This document shows positions 54,247-64,000 of a stretch of DNA of 64,000 bases, piece after piece; the first letter of the stretch is position 1; every line of letters starts with the position of its first letter. Made by a program: the position numbers and the translations under genes. The stretch comes from Octopus vulgaris. Its lineage: Eukaryota. The notes below the pieces were generated by a model that was given only the letters and a program-made list of their open reading frames with translations, ran no database searches and was not told the origin of the DNA. The stretch is from NCBI GenBank assembly GCA_951406725.2, contig OX597818.1:101246001-101310000 (forward strand), written 5' to 3'.

Positions 54247-55025
54247 TAAGATAGGAAGTTCAATTTACTGTTCACGAAAGAAAGGAACTACACACCTACT
54301 TTTCAAAAGAGTATTTGCAGCGACAAAACGAAAAATTAAATAAACTTGTCTGCATTGTAATATGTATCGATGTATAAAGAGTCTGCATTGTAATATGTAT
54401 CGATATATATTCAAGATCTAATAATTCACAAGCTATATAAAAGAGATATACAACACTCAGATTCTTGAGTCAATGCACGACATTTTACGATATCAGCGTG
54501 AATGGATATTATTTGACAAATTAGGTAGGCGTTCTCATGGAATTATATTATTATAAATATCAAACTATAATTTATATATAAAGAAAATGTGTAGAAAATA
54601 ATACGTGTTTATACATATATTTTATACATGTTTATGTATATTTGTGTGTTTGTGCATTTTGCGTATAAGTGTATATTTCTTTTATTAAGACGTTATTGTC
54701 TGTTAAGAATAGAGATTATTGTCGCTTAAACTCTCTATATATGCCCACTGTTGGCTCACAGTTCTACGTTGTATAGTTATACGCACATAAACTGCAAATT
54801 ACTTCAAATTAAACGTACTGTAAGTTAAGAGAATACAGAGATAACAATAGACCAGCCGGTAAACTATGTCTCCGACAATTAATAACATATTTATATTCTT
54901 TCTATACAGCATCTTCCCATTTTCTTAAATGCATTACCTTTGTATATGAATTAACAGTAGTGTATTTTCCCATCATGATCATCATCATCATCATCACCGT
55001 CATCATCATCGTTATCATCATCATC

Positions 55026-55057
<32 letters not shown>

Positions 55058-55173
55058 TATTGCTATTAAAGGAGGCGAACTGGTAGATATTATTTCTAGT
55101 CAAGTACTGGAGTCGATGTGATAGAGTTATCCCCTCTACACAAATTTTAGTACTTGTACCTATAGTAGAATGG

Positions 55174-55248
<75 letters not shown>

Positions 55249-55269
55249 ATTAATATTATTATTATTATT

Positions 55270-56125
<856 letters not shown>

Positions 56126-57069
56126 ATTATTGTGAGTCCTCTTTGTTGTCTAATGCATCTGAATTCTATCCTTAATAGCACGCAGAGATAGTGCTACATA
56201 AATATGCACACATATGCAAGTAGAACCTGAGAGCAAAGAAAAGACACGCTGTTAGTATTCGGTTTCACAGATTCCAAATGTAGGTCAGTACTTGTATGGC
56301 ATCACTCTCTTTATCACTGTCGTATATATTTCTATACCACATACCTATAAAACTAAAAAAAAATTATTCTCAAACATATTCAATCCTATCAAATGTCATT
56401 TTGCTGTAAGCGGTCTTCAAATATTTATCGATTCTCTGCGACACATCAAAATACCAAGTCGTACACCCACAACATTTCATGATATATATACCTTTAAAAT
56501 AACTTTCATCATTTGCGTTATCATTCAAATTTATATATGATTCTGTCCATATAATATATTGCTAAATGTTTGCAACCATATAAAGTATTATAATGCAAAA
56601 ATTCGATTCAATTTTAATTTCTTTTTACGTTCATATCATTTTCTAACAGTTAATTCATCACACTTAATATTTATTACTGTGGTAATTTCCACAATTGCTG
56701 TCAACTCTAACTGATAATCATAAATATTTAACCAGTATAGACAGGAAAGTTTGATTTTCGCTTTTATTGATGTTCAAAGAATATTTATAACTGAAATACT
56801 AATGGAGGTTATAAAAACTCCATAGAACAGAGCCATTCTCTCTAATTGATTCTATTAGATACAGTGCTGACAATACCCAAGTGCGTAGACAGCACAATGT
56901 AGAAGCAAATGTTGTATCCTGATGACAAATCGGCTAATTTTATAGTCCGTGTTATATTATTTAATGACAACTCTTCTCCAACGACTCATACGTGTGACTA
57001 CGCCAAATACATACATAATAACATACACACATTGTATGAATGTGCGTGTACCTTGAGTTATGTATGTGT

Positions 57070-57183
57070 AGTTGTTTTTTCTGTGTACCTTTCTGTAATA
57101 GAGCGTAGGCTCGAAACGTAAAATACTTTTTCTATTCCTGAGCGCTATACCAATACATCTGTTTGTTTTGTACACCACCTTCA
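57070..57183 (+). mobile_element. solo Penelope-type terminal repeat with partial hammerhead
   Basis: GAGC-gtag-GCTC GAAACGTA at 57101-57120; downstream aatacatctgtttgtt shared with 61099-61114; ends in (TA)n. Confidence 0.65.
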
Positions 57184-57198
57184 TATATATATATATAC

Positions 57199-57261
<63 letters not shown>

Positions 57262-57503
57262 TATTATTTGAGGGAATATAAATCCAAACTTACAGGGAGG
57301 AAAATTCAATTTAGAAATACTAAATCAAATTTCACACAATATAATATATATAAAAAATTAGAAAAAATCCACCTTTTATCAATTTAAAATGAACAATTAA
57401 ATTACACCATCGAGAAAATTACATATATTAGAAATATTAAGATAAAAATAACAATAAAATATTAATGATTATGTAAAGTGCTAAAAAACGTATATCATTG
57501 GTG

Positions 57504-57534
<31 letters not shown>

Positions 57535-58545
57535 GTATATACGTTATCGTATTTAAATCGGTGGTCTTGACAGCACTGTCTTATGGTGCAATATCTTGGA
57601 CTTAATACCAAAAGCACATGAATGAGCTTGATGATATTCATATGCAATGCCTGCGTGCTATCTCCAACATAAAAGCAAACGATCATATTCGTAACAGTGA
57701 GGTACTTACAAAATGCAACATATGAGGTGTGAAAGCTTTTCCTCAATAAAATACAGCTTAGATAGTCAGGTTTCTTCTCACGTAAGAATGATGTGAGAAG
57801 TCTGAAGTAACTTCTGTTTGAGCAATTCCCAAAAGGAAAGTCAGTTGCAAAGCCGGACCTGATATCAGCCATACATCTCCTGAGTTAACAATTTCAGCAA
57901 AATCTAGTCCAAAACCAGGACCAACTTCGTAAAAACATGAAGGATACGCTGGCAAAAAACTTCTCCTCTAAATGGAAACCTTACCCGTCATTCTTCTTTT
58001 TTGCCCAAAACAAAGCAGTTCTAGGTGTCCACTTAAGAAAGCAGAGAGAAAACAATAGGCATGCTTTTACACAGACTGTTTCTTTTTAGAATTATATGAC
58101 AAAAATAACTAAAAGAATTTTGTTATGAATACAAATAATCCACGATATGTTATATGAACTCCTCCACACACGCATAAAATTGATTTACATACGTACATAC
58201 ACTAAAAAAATCCCACTCAAACATGCACACACCTATATATACACCAACATACACGCATACACACACAGGCTCACAGGCGCATACAAAATGGTACGAGCTG
58301 TGTGACTGAAACATTTCCGTTCAATCAATTCACATATTTACGTATTTCATACTCGGAAGAATATGTTGCATTTGAACGGAAGGTGTATAGTATTTGTCAT
58401 CTTATTAGGATTAACTTTAAATTTTAATATCTGATTTGTTGTGCATTTGATACGTCGACTTACTGTGCTCTACAGATCGATTATTGTTTTCCTTTGGTAT
58501 TCTATACAAATAATTTTACCACGATTAATAAGATCTATATTTGTG

Positions 58546-58587
<42 letters not shown>

Positions 58588-58837
58588 ATATATATTCATG
58601 TATGTATATATATATTCATACATGAATACATATACACACACATATATATATACATATATATACATGTATATATATATATATATACCCTCATTTATATATA
58701 TACTTTTAATCTTTTACTTGCTTCAGTCATTTTACTACAGCCGTGCTGGATCACTAGTTGAGGAGTACTGGAGCAGCATTAAAACCTGGCACACGCACGC
58801 ACACGCAAATGCACACTCGCACGCACAAACACACACA

Positions 58838-58884
<47 letters not shown>

Positions 58885-58888
<4 letters not shown>

Positions 58889-61165
58889 ATCTCAGACGTC
58901 CACGACACCACTTATTCCCTCCGTATTTATATTTTCCTCCTTCTCTTCAGACTACTCTCAACTTCTGTTCACTCTTGGCATTACAAGTTTGTATACCGTG
59001 ATCCCACTCAGCGAAAGAAGGACTTCTTGCGCTTAAACACCTCTTCCACCTTCGGCCTGTCCCTCAGCCTGACACCTTCATGCCTCCTCGTCTGGCCGAA
59101 GTTTCCTCTCCCTCAAATGCTTCTCTTTCGAGGGTGAGTTTTCCCAAAAAACACTGGAGCCACTATAAGTCTGAGAATGGGACCCAAATATGTGATCTTG
59201 TTCGTTGACAATGATGAGGCCCAAAGTTTCACACAATATACTGGTCCCATTCCTAAGTTATACGTTCTTTATATCGATGTTTGAATCGGTGTCTCCTCAC
59301 ACCTCTGTGCAAAACTGGACTCATTCCTCTCCGTTGTCTTCTCGTGCCATCCTGCACTCGAATTCTACTGCACTATCTCTAACTCTACCGTAAAATTTCT
59401 CGATACGTCTGCTAGCATACACCACTCTGAACTCACTACCTCCATTCACTATATCCACGCTGACTCACATTTCTACATTAGATTATCCTCCTTCCTCTAT
59501 ACAAACCACAATCTCCATCCCCTACTTGCAATTTCTGCTTTCACACCGGCTCTGCAGTGACGACCATGACATTCAGACGCAGTATCAATTCATTACTCAC
59601 CACTTCGTCGTCCTACGTGGAAATACCAAACTGTCCTTGCCCGGTCACAATATGTGGGTCCACACTCTGTTCATTCTCTTAAATCATTGCACGTTTTCCC
59701 TCATCTACCTCCGACCTACCCCTCCATCGCACTATTCTCCGAGCCTTTCCGCGAATCCATTTCCACCTCTCCATCTCGTACATCTTCCATAACCTACTCA
59801 ATCTCTCCTTCAAACAAATCCATAACCTGCGGGACCTTCTGCTACACCAGTTTAATTCATTACCCTGCTCCTGCGCACAAACATGCCTCTGTCCCTACCT
59901 CTTCAACAACACCATCCTCACAGGCACCCATCACCGTTACTATCACATCACCTACTCCTTCAACTGCATCTCCTGTTCTATCTGCCCTTCCCCGAACATT
60001 GGTCAAACGGTACGCCGCATGACTAACCGGTTCGTGGAGCACATCTGAGATATCATGACCCTGCAATGAAACACCGGCTGTCAGGCGTCACTAGCAGTCA
60101 TTGGCTACAACATCTGCTTGTGTCAGGACTCTCACTGCGCAGGGACCAGCCGGACTCCTGCCCTCACCGTGAACAAAAATTATTCTTCTCTCTTCATTCC
60201 TTTGCACTATATGAGCTCAACGCAGCCCTCTCTTCATCTGACACCAACCCAACACGGATTCCCACACACCTCCCACAATCATCTGCCCCTCTCAACCTAT
60301 ACAACCTCATACCTCACCCCTCAGTCCCTTCACCACGCACCCACACCTCTACACACACCCATACACCTATACACACTGTGTAACTCATCACTCTATTCAC
60401 ACACTATTACGCACACAATTACAACAATTTTCCACTCCGAACACGCTAGCACCTTCCACTTCCCAACACCTTCCACTTCCCAGCACCTACATCACACATC
60501 TTTATTCACACACCCATACACTGTCTTCCATAATATCACCATATACATCACTATACGAGAAGCCACACACACTGTTTAACTAAGTACACACACCACCCAC
60601 CATCATGCATACTCCCACCCCAACACAATCACACAATACCTGAACACACACAATATATACACAGACAGGCAATACACATAAACACACGCAACACGCCTAG
60701 ACAAAGATACTTTTCGCCCACGAGCTTACAATATACACGTGCACACTATATGGTCACATACACTCACGTACACATCCGCGCACACCACTTTAAAAAAAGT
60801 ACACATCATATGCTGCACACAACACATACACTCGCACACTTTGCACAGTAACACATATAAATGTGACCGTTTTATTATGTTGCTTTCATTCAACTACTTT
60901 ATATTAATATTTCCATTTTATTCAACATCTCTTTTTTTTTCATACGCCATGTTGGACCGCTGAAATCTAGACTGTATTTTTTTTCACTCTCCGTTTTCTT
61001 TTCCCTTCTCTCTCCATTTTTTCTCTTTTATTCTTTTATGTCTAAGATTGAAGACTCGACACTTAAAAGTCTTTTCCATTTTTACCGAACGTCAAACTAA
61101 TACATCTGTTTGTTGTTCCTACACCTGTCTTCGTATTTTATTCTTCTGTAAATTTGAACTATATA
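58885..61165 (+). mobile_element. decayed Penelope-like element (RT + GIY-YIG + 3' terminal repeat)
   Basis: ITSLYTVIP, CFSFEGE, RMGPKY, SIPYLQFLLSHRLCSDDHD, CSICP..IGQTVRRMTNRFVEH; bounded by (TA)n on both sides. Confidence 0.85.
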
Positions 61166-61211
61166 TATATATGAGTGTGTGCGCATGTATACATAATAAA
61201 TAAATAAATAG

Positions 61212-61254
<43 letters not shown>

Positions 61255-62149
61255 TAAATATATATATATATATCACTATATCACTAGTAACCAATATGGA
61301 GCCAGTGTAAGTTATTTGGTTGCTGGTACTCTATTTGAATGTCGTGCTATCCACAACTGATATCCTAACCGGCTTGACAGACTGTCGAGATCTGTGTTAT
61401 TAAATAACGGCTCTTGTGCTCATTCATACTATATCAGCTTCTTGGTATGCCCCGTCGAAAATATATAATATATAAATGCATAATAAAGAATCTTTGAAAA
61501 TGAAATATACAATAAAGTTTCTATTTTATATTTTTTTCATTTAGTAATTTAATTTTCCATTTATTTTAGTATCGAGCATTTTAAGATATATTGTGAAATT
61601 TGGACACACGAAATTACGTTTAATAATCACAGCCGAAAATTTTTTTCGAGCCAAATTATGGGCTGTGAAAATTATTATCAAAATTCTTCACATACACTAC
61701 AGAGCTAAAATCTACAGTGAAAACGCAACCGATTCTTCAGTTTAATATATCTACCGAAAGTTCCTACCGAGATTTTATAAATTAAATTAACTTCGAAGAT
61801 ACAATTTTAATATTGTCGAAAAATTAATGTATTCAACCAGTGTCATTCTGAAATTCTTTAAATTTCTCAATAAATATATCTTACGAGGTATATTACAATT
61901 ATGTATATTCCAATTATGTACTAAAGATTATATATCAACTGTATTGGTCCAATTTCATAACATATGGTAGCAACGCCAATGCGTTAATTAAGTTATTAAC
62001 TACACACTGACATTAGAAATGTTACGTTTTCTTGCCTTTAGGAATCTAGAAAATTGGTGATATTCCCGCGTATTTTTGTTGATATATTATCTACTTTTTA
62101 AAGATATATTGTGAACGTTTTACTATAATCTTTTGAAAGCTTGTAGCAA

Positions 62150-62365
62150 GTAATGTGTGTGTTAAGAATTTAGTTTCCCAACCACATGATTCCGCTGTGT
62201 TCCATCTGCCACATGTGACTTCTATTACAATTCCGAGTCGATTAAACACTTCTTAATAGGTTTAGGAGGCAAGAATTGTAAAATGTCTCACTGTATATGT
62301 AAATATGAACAGATCTACGTGTCTGTTTGTGTTTGTAGTTGTCCACCACATCTTGACAACCGTAA
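62150..62365 (+). mobile_element. very decayed family A SINE
   Basis: gtgtggttaagaa...ttcccaaccacatg...ttctattaca...ttgacaaccg. Confidence 0.55.
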
Positions 62366-62539
62366 CGTGAAGGTGGATGTAGAAAATTTATTAAAAGTAA
62401 TAAATATATAATCCTTATCTAATACAAGCCAAAGTTAACAAATTCAAATTTGAAAATAGTTTCAGCCTAAAGGGAGATAATTGAGAAAGTCTCGAATGTT
62501 AATGTATGATCGTAATCATGTAAAGTATATACAACAAAT

Positions 62540-62738
62540 AATTCAGAACCCTTGTCCGGCACCGGATCGATCCCAAAATCTAATCAGCCTGAGCTAGTTA
62601 TGAGGCCAAATATCTCTGAAAGTTCCATCCGAATCCACCCAACAGTTCTTGCGATATCTTGTCCACGGACAAACAAGCAAGCACACAAACAAACGTGACC
62701 GAATAAAAATATCCCCGCCTTCGCTAAGGCGGAGATAA
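62540..62738 (-). mobile_element. partial HINE/DINE-1-like element
   Basis: cccaaaatctaatcag...catccgaatcca...(CAAA)...CCGCCTTcgctAAGGCGGAG matches 25627-25750. Confidence 0.8.
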
Positions 62739-63399
62739 TAAACGGTTAAAGGTAAACATAAAAATTTATTATTTCTTTTTGTAGAAAATAGGATGCAAAT
62801 ATAATTTATGTTTAGGGAAGTAAAAACCCCAAAACGGGATATGAAACGAGTATGAAAAGTATAAAAATTGTTTGATAGTTAGGAAATCATAAACATAAAT
62901 TCTGCAAGCGGTATTATTTATTATTAATGTATAACAATCAACAAAGTAAAAACCATTATATTCGAAACATAACAGTTGTACGCGATACGATACAGCATTT
63001 GCATTATTTCCTTTAATAACGTTTGACGTATCAAATAATTACTTACAAAATCAGTGTTCTGGATTCATGTGACATTTTTAAAAATACCAAGTCAACAGCT
63101 GCGTATAATGCAAGTACAAATATTGTGAACATTAATACAAGTATACATATGTTAAACCTGAAATATACTACAATTCGTCACCCTTTTGCTCTTAATTCAG
63201 CATCTAGACTTAGTAAAAATTTCTGAACCGAACTTGAGGAATTTATGTCTTAGTAATTTAAATTATTTGTAATGTATTTCCTTTTGTATCTATTCATATC
63301 GTATCTGTAACATAAAATCTCAGTATATTCTCGAATATATATGAGGATATATTTCTTTTTAATTTCGTTTTGTGTGTATGTGTGTGTGTGTGATCTTTA

Positions 63400-63644
63400 A
63401 TTTTTTACTTGCTTCAATCATTACACTGCATCCATGCTGGGGCACCATCATGAAGGATTTATACACGAATGAATCTACTCCAGTGTTCTTTTTATTAAGT
63501 CACGTACTTGTTTTATCTCTGAATCTTGTCGAAACACTAGTTAACGCCGACGTAAGCATAGCCCTAGGGGGAGTCAAGTGGTAGTAGGGGGACAACACAG
63601 GCACAAAGATACACACATACAGCCACACACACACACACACACAA

Positions 63645-63675
<31 letters not shown>

Positions 63676-63793
63676 CCATTGGCTTCTTTCAGTGTCCGTC
63701 TGCCATATCCACCCTCAAGCCTTCAGACGTCCCGAAGCTATATGCAAAGACGCTGGTCTATAGTGCCACACAGTGGGACTCAACCCGGAACCG
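63400..63793 (-). mobile_element. decayed family A SINE, 5'-truncated
   Basis: tttacttgcttca.tcatt..ccatgctgg.gcacc ... ggcttctttcagt..gtgcca..cagtgggact.aacccggaacc. Confidence 0.8.
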
Positions 63794-64000
63794 CAGTTTA
63801 CTCTTCTGTTATAGGAAGGATCAACAAAATGTACTCTATACACTGAGAGATAGTATCATTAATATAACACAATATAAAAATGAGATACTAATAGGTGTAT
63901 GATATAGAGATACAATAATTTCTTAGATTTACATAATATGCTGTTTCTCCAAGCAATCTCTCATGCCATTAGAGCTATTTGAAAATTGGAATGCTAGGAG

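Noticed and set aside
54348-54403. 24-bp direct repeat with short spacer (also a 17-bp duplication at 24445-24479)
   Set aside because: Only two copies: local slippage duplication, not a CRISPR-like array; no prokaryotic-type systems seen.

Overview
AT-rich eukaryotic DNA dense in (TA)n/(CA)n/(TAA)n microsatellites and interspersed repeats. The repeat repertoire looks like a coleoid cephalopod (Octopus) intronic/intergenic region; this is inferred from SINE/LINE sequence character, not from a search. No complete protein-coding gene is visible, and most ORFs in the track are microsatellite or AT-rich artefacts. Recognisable mobile elements: four R4/Dong-clade non-LTR fragments (one young copy inside TAA arrays), a decayed Penelope-like element (RT + GIY-YIG), decayed RTE, Gypsy-gag, mariner, Tc1 and pogo remnants, a TA-flanked MITE, two non-autonomous Helitrons, three Helentron-type (HINE) copies and at least three tRNA-derived SINE families. 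Worth a second look: a head-to-head palindrome with hammerhead-ribozyme-like cores on both strands (46.45-46.78 kb), a ~440-bp foldback, several unrelated retroposons sharing TAA repeats as a niche, small splice-site-bounded candidate exons, and non-repeat blocks with Hox/Pbx/Meis-type motifs. Coordinates of decayed elements are approximate.
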